NCBI GenBank assembly: GCA_963784705.1
Contig: CAWASC010000008.1
Coordinates: 292,334-356,333, forward strand
Length of the DNA stretch: 64,000 nt
Source: an uncultured Actinomycetota bacterium
GTDB lineage: Bacteria; Actinomycetota; Actinomycetes; Mycobacteriales; SCTD01
Direction of reading: 5' to 3'
Positions 18,296-27,395 of the stretch are shown here, piece by piece. Below the pieces are notes generated by a model that saw nothing but the letters and a program-made list of their open reading frames with translations, was not told the origin of the DNA and did not search any database. Every line of letters begins with the position of its first letter. Positions within the stretch are counted from its first letter, which is position 1. The translations under genes were made by a program, and so were the position numbers.

Positions 18296-20177
18296 CTACC
18301 AGCCGCGCAGGAGGGGTCTCGGTCGGCGGAGGTAGCTGCGGTCGAGGGGGGTGGTCCAGCGAAGGCTGCCGTCTTGTTCGCGGGTGACGGTGAAGTAGTG
18401 GTGCTTGGCCTGGTGGTGGTGGGTGCACTCGCTGCTGGTGTTGCGCGCGGTGCTGGGTCCTTGTGGCCAGGGCACGAGGTGGTCGCTCTGGCAGTCGCGG
18501 GCGAGGCGTCGGCAGGCTGGGAACGTGCACGTGAGGTCGCGGGTCTTGATGAACCGGGACAGCCGTCGGGGGAGGGCGTAGCTGCGGCTGTCCAGGGGAC
18601 GCTCGTCGACGGCGGCGGTGGTCAGGCGCGCGTGGGCACGGGTCCGCGCCTGGTGGCTCCAGCTGCTGGGGTCCTGCGGTGCTCGCTCCGGGGGCGGGCA
18701 GCCGGCGGGGCAGGTGCTGTCGTCCGGCTCGGGCGGCGGCGTGCTCTGGTCGGCTGGTTCGGTGCGGTCGAGGGTGTGGTCGTTCCAGAGCAGGTCGGAC
18801 TCACTCGGCGGCTCGGGCTCGGGATGACCGTCGTTGTCGGTTTGCTCGTGGTCGGGCTGGTCGTGGTCGGGCTGGTCGTGGTCGGGCTGGTCGTGGTCGG
18901 GCTGGTCGTGGCCGGGGGGACCCGAGCTACCGCCACTCGGACCGCTCCCTTCGCCTGAGCCGCCGCTTGGTCCGTCGCCGCCTGGGCTGTCGCTGTCGCC
19001 TCGTCCGTGGGGCGGCACGGTGATGAGGACGGTGAGGCGCCGGTCGCGGACCTCGTCCCACGCGGCCCGGCCGTGTCCGGCGGGCGTGTGGGTGCGGGCG
19101 TGGTGGTGCAGCAGGGCGGTGAGCTGCTGCTCGAGGTCGCTGGTCAGGGTGCTGATGAGGTGTTCGAGCTCCGGGTCGTCCTGGTCCTCCGGGCCGGACC
19201 TCCGGCGCTGCCTCGGGTTCGGGTTCGGTCTGGTGGGTGTGCCCACACCCGTGCTGCCGGGCCGCGTCTTCCGCGGTGGGGGCGGGGAGGTCGGGGCGGT
19301 GCACGGTGCTGTCGACGCTGACGAGCGTCCCGTGCTCGTCGACGACAGCCCGGCGCAGCTCGGCCTGGGTGAGGAGCTCACGCGCTTCTGGGGCGCTGAT
19401 GAGGCCGAGGCCGGGGATCTCTCCTGGCTCGTCCCCACCTTCGAGCGTCGCGAGGCTCACGATCACCAGCGCCTGCCACGACCCGGGCTGGACGCGTCCG
19501 CAGATCAGGTCCATCAGGGTGTCGAACCGGCGCTGGTCCAACGACCGCTCATCCCCGGGGTGCTTGGGCAGGGCGAGGGTGTCGATGCTCGCCAGGATCA
19601 TCGCGATCTGACTGGTCGTGCCGGTGGCCCAGAAGCTCGCGTTGCCACCCGGGTCGGTCTGATCGGCCCCGACCCGGCGTTCCCGCTTGGCCTTGTCCCA
19701 CCGCTTGGCTGCCGCGTCCGGGTCGAGCACCATCACCGCAGCGCGGGCGGCCTGCCGCAGCTGATGGGGCGTCCGGGCATCGTGGGCGCCCTGGACGAGG
19801 TCGATGACCTGCTCCTGCACCTCACGGGACAGGCCGAGGCCGCAGATCGTGTCGAGCAGCGCATCAGCGTGCCGGACGCTCCACCCACCCTGCGACGCCG
19901 GGGTCCCGACCCGGGCCATGACGGCGGGGAACGCGCTGTAGAGCTGGGCGTTCTCGATCCACCGCTGCGCCGTCCCCGAGCTCTCCGACAACGCCAACGC
20001 GAGCTCGTCACTGACGTAGTCGCGGTGCCCGATCAGGACGTCCTCGGAAGCGAACGCGTTCAGCTGCACCCGCAGCTCGTGGTCGAGCTGCGCCCGACGG
20101 GCGACGAGGTCCTCGATCACGCGCAGCCGCGCGCGTGCCCGCGCGGTGCGGGTCAGCGGCGCAGCGAGCTCGGACAT
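18296..20177 (-). pseudogene. DUF222 / HNH endonuclease (REP13E12-like), one frame break
   Basis: N-terminal DUF222 part is in ORF 18927..20207 (start ATG 20177, MSELAAPLTRTARARARL). C-terminal HNH part is in ORF 18296..19438 (CTFPACRRLARDCQSDHLVPW...ECTHHHQAKH). The two frames differ by one nucleotide, switching roughly at 19150-19260. Confidence 0.8.
18848..18915. repeat. 15-bp in-frame tandem repeat x4.5 inside the HNH gene (encodes DHDQP units)
   Basis: GTGGTCGGGCTGGTC repeated head to tail on the plus strand. It translates on the minus strand as HDQPDHDQPDHDQPDHDQPDHEQ. Confidence 0.9.
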
Positions 20178-20249
20178 GACATAGAGACTACTCCGTGACA
20201 CCGACAAAATCAGTCCAAACTGCTGCTGTGTATACGAATTTTGAACTAT

Positions 20250-20590
20250 GCGAGAGGGTCGTGCCCCTGAAAGAACAACCCTGACCGACCGTTGTCCCGA
20301 AAGAGGGCCACCCCGGCCGACCTCATGCCTGCGAGCTCGAGCAGCTCGACGCGGCGAACATGACCCCCCGCCGTACAGAACAACCCTGACCGACCGTTGT
20401 CCCGAAAGAGGGCCACCCCGACCGACCTCGTGCCTGCGAGCTCGAGCAGCTCGACGCGGCGAACATGACCCCCCGCCGTACAGAACAACCCTGACCGACC
20501 GTTGTCCCGAAAGAGGGCCACCCCGACCGACCTACTGCTCGTGGGCCTGCTCGAGAAGCTCGACGCCGTTGCCGAACGGATCGGCGGTCA
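20250..20590. repeat. 105-bp tandem repeat, about 3 copies, merging into the 3' end of the VOC gene
   Basis: Units start at 20273, 20378 and 20483 (GAACAACCCTGACCGACCGTTGTCCCGAAAGAGGGCCACCCCG...). Copies 1 and 2 differ at 2 positions. The second half of each unit resembles the real VOC gene terminus at 20532 onward. Confidence 0.9.
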
Positions 20591-20903
20591 TGCCCCTGCG
20601 GGCACCGAGCAGCAGCGTCCCTGGCCGCCAGGGATGGCCCGCACCGGTCAGCGCTGTCACGAGCGCATCGAGGTCGTCGGCATCGCCCACGAGGAGCGCG
20701 AAGTGCTGGGCGGGATGCGGTGCACCCTCCCGTTCGCTGACATGGACCTGGGTGGCGCCGCCGGGCAGGTCCAGCCACGCACCCACCTGCGCGACGCCCT
20801 CGGTGGGCTTCGCGACGCGGGTCAGGCCGAGCAGCTCGTAGAACGCGACCGCCCGGTCGGTGCCACCGGGTGGCACCGGGACGTTGATGTGGTGCAGCCT
20901 CAT
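20532..20903 (-). CDS. VOC (glyoxalase/bleomycin resistance/dioxygenase) family protein
   Basis: ORF 20532..21011 trimmed to ATG 20903 (MRLHHINVPVPPGGTDRAVAFYELLGL), preceded by a GAGGAG Shine-Dalgarno. Typical VOC beta-alpha-beta-beta-beta N-terminus. Confidence 0.8.
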   Translation of the reverse strand: MRLHHINVPVPPGGTDRAVAFYELLGLTRVAKPTEGVAQVGAWLDLPGGATQVHVSEREGAPHPAQHFALLVGDADDLDALVTALTGAGHPWRPGTLLLGARRGMTADPFGNGVELLEQAHEQ

Positions 20904-20914
20904 GGCAGATCTCC

Positions 20915-21679
20915 TCACGTGGCGTTGGGTACGGCTCCGCCGAAACGGCGGTCGCGGTCGCTGTACGCCGCGCACGCCCGCCACAGCACCCGCCGGTCGA
21001 CGTCCGGCCACAGCTCCGGGGCGAAGTACAGCTCGGCGTAGGCCGACTGCCAGAGCAGGAAGTTGGAGGTCCGCTGCTCCCCCGACGTCCGCAGGAACAG
21101 GTCGACGTCGGGCATGTCGGGCTCGTCGAGGTAGCGGGCCAGGAGCCGCTCGTCGACCTTCTCCGGCTTGACCTTGCCGGCAGCCACGTCGTGCGCCAGA
21201 GCCCTTGCCGCGTCAGCGATCTCGGCCCGACCCCCGTAGTTGACGCACATGGTCAGGGTGCACACGTCGTTGCGCTTGGTCAGCTCCTCAGCGGCCTCGA
21301 GCTCGGCGATGACCGACCGCCACAGCCGTGGTCGGCGCCCGGCCCAACGCACACGGACACCGAGCTCGTTCATCTCGTCACGGCGCCGTCGGATCACGTC
21401 ACGGTTGAACCCCATGAGGAACCGGACCTCGTCAGGGCTGCGCTTCCAGTTCTCCGTGGAGAAGGCGTACGCCGACACCCATCGCACACCCACCTCGATG
21501 GCCCCCTCGACGAGGTCGAACAGCGCGGCCTCGCCCGCCTCGTGGCCGGCAGTGCGGGGCAGCCCGCGGTCCTTGGCCCAGCGCCCGTTGCCGTCCATCA
21601 CCACGGCGACGTGCCGCGGCACGTCGCGCAGGACCGGGGCGCGTGCGCCGGACGGGTGGGGGGTCGGCGCCCGGTTCAC
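20915..21679 (-). CDS. uppS: Isoprenyl transferase (undecaprenyl diphosphate synthase family)
   Basis: ORF 20915..21934 trimmed to GTG 21679-21677 (GTGA overlap with the recO stop). [40 protein letters not shown] motifs. Confidence 0.9.
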   Translation of the reverse strand: MNRAPTPHPSGARAPVLRDVPRHVAVVMDGNGRWAKDRGLPRTAGHEAGEAALFDLVEGAIEVGVRWVSAYAFSTENWKRSPDEVRFLMGFNRDVIRRRRDEMNELGVRVRWAGRRPRLWRSVIAELEAAEELTKRNDVCTLTMCVNYGGRAEIADAARALAHDVAAGKVKPEKVDERLLARYLDEPDMPDVDLFLRTSGEQRTSNFLLWQSAYAELYFAPELWPDVDRRVLWRACAAYSDRDRRFGGAVPNAT

Positions 21680-22419
21680 GCCCGCTCCACCAGCGGCAAC
21701 GACCGCAGCCCGCGCTCGAGGTGCCACTGCAGGTGGGCGGCGACCAGCCCGCTCGCTTCCCGGCGGGTGCGCGGCTCGGAGGCCTCCGCCGGTTCCCACT
21801 CCCCCGACATGAGGTCGCTCATGAGCAGCAGCGCCACCGGGCTCGGCGACGACGAGCCGGGCGGGCGGCAGGAAGCGCAGACCGCGCCACCCGCGGGTAC
21901 CGAGAACGCACGGTGCGGTCCCGGCGCGGCGCACCGCGCGCAGTCGTGCAGCGCCGGCGCGTAGCCGGACACCGACATCGCCCGGAGCAGGAAGGCGTCG
22001 AGCACCAGTGACGGGTCGCGACGGGGGACGTCCTGGGTCAGGGCGCGCAGGGCACCGATGACCAGCAGGAAGAGCCGCAGCGACGGCTCGCGCTCTTCAG
22101 CGGTCAGTCGCTCCGCGGTCTCGAGCACCGCCGTCCCCGCGGTGTAGCGCGCGTAGTCGCCGACCAGCTGACCGCCGTACGACGTGAGGGACTCGGCCTG
22201 CGTGACGATGTCGAGGTTGCGACCGGCGTAGAGCTGCACGTCGACGTGGCTGAAGGGCTCGACCGTCGAACCGAACTTCGAGCGCGTCCGGCGTACTCCC
22301 TTCGCCACGGCGCGCACCCGGCCGTTCCGGCGGGTGAGCAGCGTGATGATGCGGTCGGCCTCACCGAGCTTCTGCACGCGAAGGACCACGCCCTCGTCCC
22401 GGTAGAGGCTCACCCGCAA
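21676..22419 (-). CDS. recO: DNA repair protein RecO
   Basis: ORF 21676..22419. [32 protein letters not shown]-fold N-terminus and C-terminal Cys cluster CARCAAPG...CASC. Confidence 0.9.
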   Translation of the reverse strand: MRVSLYRDEGVVLRVQKLGEADRIITLLTRRNGRVRAVAKGVRRTRSKFGSTVEPFSHVDVQLYAGRNLDIVTQAESLTSYGGQLVGDYARYTAGTAVLETAERLTAEEREPSLRLFLLVIGALRALTQDVPRRDPSLVLDAFLLRAMSVSGYAPALHDCARCAAPGPHRAFSVPAGGAVCASCRPPGSSSPSPVALLLMSDLMSGEWEPAEASEPRTRREASGLVAAHLQWHLERGLRSLPLVERA

Positions 22420-22515
22420 ACGCTATCCCGGCTCGCGCCTCGGCGCGCTGCGCCACGCGTGCCCACGAGCGTGGCAGGGTAGGGGACGTCCGACAAGCAT
22501 GACGGAGGGGGTGTT

Positions 22516-24108
22516 GTGGCGGGAGGCATCGTGCTGCGCCCGGGTCGCTGGGCGCTTCCTCCCCAGCCGCCCGAGTCATGGACCAGCGGTCCGGCCGCGC
22601 TGAGCCTGTTCGTCGCCATCGCCACCTCGCTCGTCCTTCCCCCCGCGACGCTGCTCCCGCACGGTCGGAGCACCGCGGCGGCGTACGTCGCTGTGCTGGT
22701 CGTCGAGGGGGTCCTGACCGCGTTCACGACGTACCTGCTGCTGCTGCAGTCGGCCATCGCGCAGGACCGTCGTCTGCTCTGGGCGGCGGGCGGGTTCGGG
22801 TTGTTGTGGGCGCTGACGCTCGCCCGTGCGCTCGGGCCGGAGGTCACGTGGACCGCGCCCTACCGCGGCACAGGCGACGTCAGCACCGCCCTGTCGGTGG
22901 CATGGGTCGTCATCTTGCCGACGGTGGTGCTGACGGCCGGGCTACGGCACCGCACGACCGCGCTGCTTGCCGTCCCCGCGGTCCTGGTCACGTGCCTCAC
23001 GCTGGCCCTCGCGCACGTGGACACGACGGCGGCCGGTGGCCTCCGCAGCGCCGGTCGGGTGGTGCTGACCGCCGCCGTGGCGCTCGCCGTCGCCGCAGCG
23101 GTCTGGTGGCGCCGTCGGGTCCCCCAGGGCAACCGAGGAGCGTGGGGGTGGGTCGGTAGCGCCCTGCTGCTCGTCCCCGTGGTCGCCGTGCTCCGCCAGG
23201 TCAGCGGCGAGGACGGTGCTGCGCCGGTCTGGGCTCCGTGGGCCGTGGAGATCCTCACGCTGACCGTGACGGCGCTCGGGCTTGCGGTGCTGACGTTGCG
23301 GGGGTTCTGGCCGCAGGCCCGGCGGTGGCGTCTGCTGGAGACGGAGGTCCGGCAGCTGCGGTCGGCCTCGCCGCTGCTGCCGGGGCTGTCGGTGACCCCG
23401 CTCGACGAGTCAGGCCTGCCCGAGCGGGACGAGGTCGCCGACACGGTCGCTCGGGGTGCGGCGCAGGTGGCGCTCCAACCGGTGCGGGACCTGCTGACCC
23501 TCGACCCGTTGGGGCAGGAGGCCCTGGCGCGCTTCGGTGGTCGGGTGCCCACGGACCGGTGGTTCCGAGCGGCAGCCATGCACGGCCTCGGCGCCGAGCT
23601 CGAGTGCCTCACGCTGGGTGCCGCCCTGCGCTGCCTGAAGGACTTGCCCTCCACGCAGTTCCTCGCGGTCAACACCAGCCCCGCCTCCCTCGAGGACGAG
23701 CGCGTCCTGGCGCTGCTGCTCGCAGTCGACCTCAGCCGGGTCGTCGTGGAGATCACCGAGCACGACGCCGTGCGCGACTACGCCCTCATGCGGCGGACGC
23801 TCTCCGACCTCCGGGCCGCCGGAGCGCGCATCGCTGTCGACGACGTGGGGGCCGGCTTCGCCTCCCTGCGCCACGTCCTTCAGCTGCAGCCCGACCTCGT
23901 GAAGCTCGACACCAGCCTCACGCGGGACGTCCACGTGAGCGCGCGCCAGCGGGCGCTGGTCCGGGCGGTCGTGCAGTTCGCCGACGAGGTGGGCGCGCAG
24001 GTGCTCGCGGAGGGCATCGAGATCAACGAGCAGCTCGCTCCGCTCATCGACGCGGGCGTCACGCTCGGGCAGGGCTGGCACCTCGGTCGCCCCGTCATCT
24101 GCACCTGA
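22516..24108 (+). CDS. Membrane-anchored EAL-domain c-di-GMP phosphodiesterase
   Basis: ORF 22516..24108. ~270-aa multi-TM N-terminus of unassigned family, then an EAL domain with all catalytic motifs visible (EALAR, AVNTSP, EITE, DDVGAG, KLD, EGIE, QGWHLGRP). Confidence 0.85.
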   Translation: MAGGIVLRPGRWALPPQPPESWTSGPAALSLFVAIATSLVLPPATLLPHGRSTAAAYVAVLVVEGVLTAFTTYLLLLQSAIAQDRRLLWAAGGFGLLWALTLARALGPEVTWTAPYRGTGDVSTALSVAWVVILPTVVLTAGLRHRTTALLAVPAVLVTCLTLALAHVDTTAAGGLRSAGRVVLTAAVALAVAAAVWWRRRVPQGNRGAWGWVGSALLLVPVVAVLRQVSGEDGAAPVWAPWAVEILTLTVTALGLAVLTLRGFWPQARRWRLLETEVRQLRSASPLLPGLSVTPLDESGLPERDEVADTVARGAAQVALQPVRDLLTLDPLGQEALARFGGRVPTDRWFRAAAMHGLGAELECLTLGAALRCLKDLPSTQFLAVNTSPASLEDERVLALLLAVDLSRVVVEITEHDAVRDYALMRRTLSDLRAAGARIAVDDVGAGFASLRHVLQLQPDLVKLDTSLTRDVHVSARQRALVRAVVQFADEVGAQVLAEGIEINEQLAPLIDAGVTLGQGWHLGRPVICT

Positions 24109-24165
24109 CGCGTTTCCCCCGGCGCCACCGGCAGGGATCGGCCCCACGACGTCGAACCGCTCGCC

Positions 24166-25545
24166 ATGCGCCGTCTTCGCACCGCCCTGCTGGCCGCCTG
24201 CCTCGCCCTTCCCGTGTCGGCCGCTGTCCCGTCACAGGCAGCGACTCCACCTGCCGGCGCGATCAGCAAGGGGGTGACGTTCCTCGCGAACATCCCCGAG
24301 CTCCGCACCGCGATCTCGATCAACTTCATCGGTACGACGATGTTCGCCTCGACGGTCACCGGCATCTTCAGCTACGACATCAGCGACCCGTCCGCACCGA
24401 AGCGCGTGGGCGCTCTGCCGCAGTACATCTGGGAGAACGAGGACGTCGACGTCGACGCCAAGCGCAAGCTGCTGTTCCTGTCGCGTGACCCGCGGGGGTT
24501 CACGAGCCCGGCCACCACGGCCTTCCCGTACGGCGCGGTCCAGGTGATCGACGTGTCCAACCCGGCGCTGATGCGGCAGGTGTCGATGACGCTCATCCCG
24601 AGCGGGCACACGACCACCTGCGTGGACGGGTGCAACTACACCTGGACGGCCGGCCCGGCCAAGGCGGCCACCCAGCCCGCCGACTGGGGTGGCCGTCCCG
24701 TCTACGCCCTCGACATGCGTGACCCGGCCCACCCGGTCGTCTGCCCCCACCCGATCGCCGCGGACCTCAACGACGGCAAGACCGACTACACCCACGACGT
24801 GCAGGTCGACGCCGCGGGCGTGGCATGGGTGTCCGGCAGCGGCGCGGTCAAGGGCTACTGGGTGAGCGGCACGCACCGCAACGCACAGACCGGCAAGACC
24901 CAGAAGGCCACCGGCTGCGACCCCGTGCCGTACGCCGGTGGCGGCACCGACCTCGGATCCCTGACCGGTCGCGGTGGCGTCATGCACAACAGCTACCACC
25001 CTCGCTACCTCAGGGACACCGTCATCGCGACGGAGGAGGTCACCGGCTCCGACTGCAAGGGCAGCGGCAAGCTCGCTGCCTACGACCTGAAGAACACCTA
25101 CGGCGGTGCGGGGTTCCGATCCACGCCGGCCAAGAAGTTCCGGATGACGCTGCTCAGCACGTGGACCCCTGAGAAGCAGGCCGGCTCGAGCGGCTGCGAC
25201 AGCGCGCACTACTTCACCGACCGCGGAGACGGGCTGCTCGCCGCCGCGTTCTACGCGCAGGGCACCCGCTTCCTCGACGTGCGCGACCCGCGGCACATCC
25301 GCCAGGTCGGCTTCTACCGACCCGATGACGCGAACGTGTGGGCGTCGTACTGGCGACCGGGGGGCTACGTGTTCGTGGCGGACTTCACCCGCGGCGTCGA
25401 CGTCCTGAAGATCGGCGCGCTGAGCAACACCGTCGCTGCGCCGGCCCTGTCCCCGAGCGCGCTGCAGAACCTGCCCAGCAGCCAGTTCGGCTGGCTCTGC
25501 CAGGTGCCGAAGGCTCTCGCGAGCGCACGACCGCAGGTGCGCTAG
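24166..25545 (+). CDS. Secreted beta-propeller-like protein with LVIVD-type repeats
   Basis: ORF 24166..25545. Signal peptide MRRLRTALLAACLALPVSAAVPSQA. Recurrent strand motifs followed by D(V/I)S(D/N)P: FSYDISDPSAP, VQVIDVSNPAL, YALDMRDPAHP, RFLDVRDPRHI. Confidence 0.55.
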   Translation: MRRLRTALLAACLALPVSAAVPSQAATPPAGAISKGVTFLANIPELRTAISINFIGTTMFASTVTGIFSYDISDPSAPKRVGALPQYIWENEDVDVDAKRKLLFLSRDPRGFTSPATTAFPYGAVQVIDVSNPALMRQVSMTLIPSGHTTTCVDGCNYTWTAGPAKAATQPADWGGRPVYALDMRDPAHPVVCPHPIAADLNDGKTDYTHDVQVDAAGVAWVSGSGAVKGYWVSGTHRNAQTGKTQKATGCDPVPYAGGGTDLGSLTGRGGVMHNSYHPRYLRDTVIATEEVTGSDCKGSGKLAAYDLKNTYGGAGFRSTPAKKFRMTLLSTWTPEKQAGSSGCDSAHYFTDRGDGLLAAAFYAQGTRFLDVRDPRHIRQVGFYRPDDANVWASYWRPGGYVFVADFTRGVDVLKIGALSNTVAAPALSPSALQNLPSSQFGWLCQVPKALASARPQVR

Positions 25546-27359
25546 ACGCCGACGACCACGGCGGCGGCGACGGGGGCGAAGCTCACCTGGTCGGCCGGGA
25601 CGGGACGACCGAACAGGTAGCCCTGGGCGACCGTGCACCCGAGCACAGCCAGGCGATCGCGCACCCGCTCGGTCTCGATCCCCTCGGCGACGAGCTCGAC
25701 GCTGAGGTAGCGGGCGAGCTGGATCGTCGAGGACACGATCGCGATGGCCCTGGGGTCGTCCTCCAGCCCGACGACGAAGGAGCGGTCGAGCTTCAGCCCC
25801 GCCAGCTGCGGGAGATCGCGCAGGTACCCGAGCGAGGAGTACCCCGTCCCGTAGTCGTCCACCTGGACGCCCACCCCGAGCGCGGCCAGCCGGACGATGA
25901 CCTCCTCCGCGGCGTCGGCCGCGCGGACGAACGCCTCCTCGGTCAGCTCGAGCTGGAGGGCACTCCCCGGCAGCCGGTAGCGCTCCAGGGTGCGCCGCAC
26001 CAGGCCGACGAGGTCGTGCTCGAGCAGATCACGCGCGGTCACGTTCACCGACACGGGAACCGGATGACCGTCGGCGGCCCAGAGGCACTGCTGCTTGAGC
26101 GCCTGCTGCAGGACGGTCTGCGTCAGCTCGTGGGACAGGCCGGCCGCCTCCATCGCGCCGAGGAACTCACCGGGCGCGAGCAGACCCCACCGCGGGTGCC
26201 GCCAGCGCACCAGCGCCTCCATGCCCACGACTGCGCCATCGGTGAGCCGTACCTGAGGCTGGTAGTGCAGCTCCAGCTCGGCGGAGGACAGCGCGGTGCG
26301 CAGCTCCCCGTCGTCGTACGCCGGTGGAGCGGGAGTGCGGGAACGGATCAGGCTCAGGACGACCCGGCAGCTGTGCGCCAGCCGGGAGAACGACACGAGC
26401 AGGGCCAGTGCGGCCAGGACCGTCGCTGCCGTCGGGACCTCCCGCTGCGTGGCCACCAGGAGGACGACGACACACGTCGCCTGGAGCAGCACCGGGACCA
26501 CGACACTCGGGAGCGGGTCCGCGCGATCGGGCCGCCGGCTCGGGGGCGCCCACGCCGACAGGGCGACCAGGGCGGTCGAGACCAGCGACAGGCCGGCCAG
26601 GGGAGAGCCCGGCAGGAACCCCGCGTGGACGGTGACGTAGAGGTACGCACCGTCCAGCACGGCGAAACCGGCGACGGCGGCGCCGAACAGCCACAGCCCG
26701 GGAGGCGGCGCCCAGCCGAAGGCGACCACGAGGCCGAGGACGAGCAGCAGCAGAACCCCGTCGAACGCGGGGTACAGCAGGCCCGTGACGATGGCGGCGC
26801 GGTCGTCCTGCGCCGCGACCTGGCTGATGCTGCCGGCCAGGCAGGCGACGCCGACGGCGCCGACCGTGAGTCCTGCGGTCAGGGCGTCCAGCAGGACAGC
26901 TCCGGTGAGGCTCCGGAAGCGCTGCCGCACGAGGAGGACGAGCGCAGCTGTCAGCGCCAGGCACATGCCCAGCCAACCCGCGTCGGAGAGGGAAGGAACC
27001 GGGAACTCGTGTCGCGGCCGGAGGTAGGCGAACAGGAACACGAAGGCGCCTGCGCGCAGGGCGAGTCCGACGGCGACGAGGGTCCAGAGCAGCCGGTCGA
27101 CCCGGCACAGAGCCGGCCGCAGGGCAGCGAGAAGGGCCACGGCGACGTACGCCGTCCCTTGCAGCCAGCCGTCGACGTCCACGCGGAAGCCGGGGCGCGG
27201 ACGGACTCCCGGCAGCGTCGTCGCCGTGAAGGCGAGCACCAGGACGAGCACGAGGGCGTGCATCACGGCGACCCGGGACCGCCAGTGCCGCGGGGCGGGC
27301 AGCGTCCAGCTGCGCAGTGTCCAACTGCGCAGTGTCCAACTGCGCAGTGGCGTCCCCAT
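25542..27359 (-). CDS. Membrane-anchored EAL-domain c-di-GMP phosphodiesterase
   Basis: ORF 25542..27359. ~8 TM segments, then EAL with full motifs (MEALVRW, SVNVTA, ELTEE, DDYGTGYSS, KLDRSF, EGIE, QGYLFGRP). An alternative start at ATG 27263 (MHALVLVLVL) would put the 15-bp repeats outside the CDS. Confidence 0.85.
   Translation of the reverse strand: MGTPLRSWTLRSWTLRSWTLPAPRHWRSRVAVMHALVLVLVLAFTATTLPGVRPRPGFRVDVDGWLQGTAYVAVALLAALRPALCRVDRLLWTLVAVGLALRAGAFVFLFAYLRPRHEFPVPSLSDAGWLGMCLALTAALVLLVRQRFRSLTGAVLLDALTAGLTVGAVGVACLAGSISQVAAQDDRAAIVTGLLYPAFDGVLLLLVLGLVVAFGWAPPPGLWLFGAAVAGFAVLDGAYLYVTVHAGFLPGSPLAGLSLVSTALVALSAWAPPSRRPDRADPLPSVVVPVLLQATCVVVLLVATQREVPTAATVLAALALLVSFSRLAHSCRVVLSLIRSRTPAPPAYDDGELRTALSSAELELHYQPQVRLTDGAVVGMEALVRWRHPRWGLLAPGEFLGAMEAAGLSHELTQTVLQQALKQQCLWAADGHPVPVSVNVTARDLLEHDLVGLVRRTLERYRLPGSALQLELTEEAFVRAADAAEEVIVRLAALGVGVQVDDYGTGYSSLGYLRDLPQLAGLKLDRSFVVGLEDDPRAIAIVSSTIQLARYLSVELVAEGIETERVRDRLAVLGCTVAQGYLFGRPVPADQVSFAPVAAAVVVGV
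27304..27348. repeat. 15-bp tandem repeat x3 (GTCCA(G/A)CTGCGCAGT)
   Basis: Read directly. If ATG 27359 is used it encodes WTLRS x3. Otherwise it lies in the 5' region of the EAL gene, just downstream of the era stop. Confidence 0.9.
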
Positions 27360-27395
27360 CGGTCGAGGGTAGGGGTCAGCCCGTGATCACGGAGG

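Noticed and set aside
17951-18387. ORFs reading PGTPAPRHPGIPASRHPG... or GAGVPGCRGAGMPGCRDAG... as a possible collagen-like or PGRS-like repeat protein
   Set aside because: The underlying repeat period is 8 nt, not a multiple of 3, so the apparent 8-aa periodicity is a by-product of frame cycling. Both strands and several frames are open there, and no start or RBS context supports coding.
17944-20531. Prophage or integrative element between the GGDEF and VOC genes
   Set aside because: There is no integrase, recombinase, tRNA target or phage structural gene. A single HNH/DUF222 pseudogene plus repeats supports only a small repeat-rich insert.
18046-20600. CRISPR array (octamer array or 105-bp repeats)
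   Set aside because: The octamer units are contiguous with no spacers. The 105-bp units are also head to tail without unique spacers. No cas genes are present in the window.
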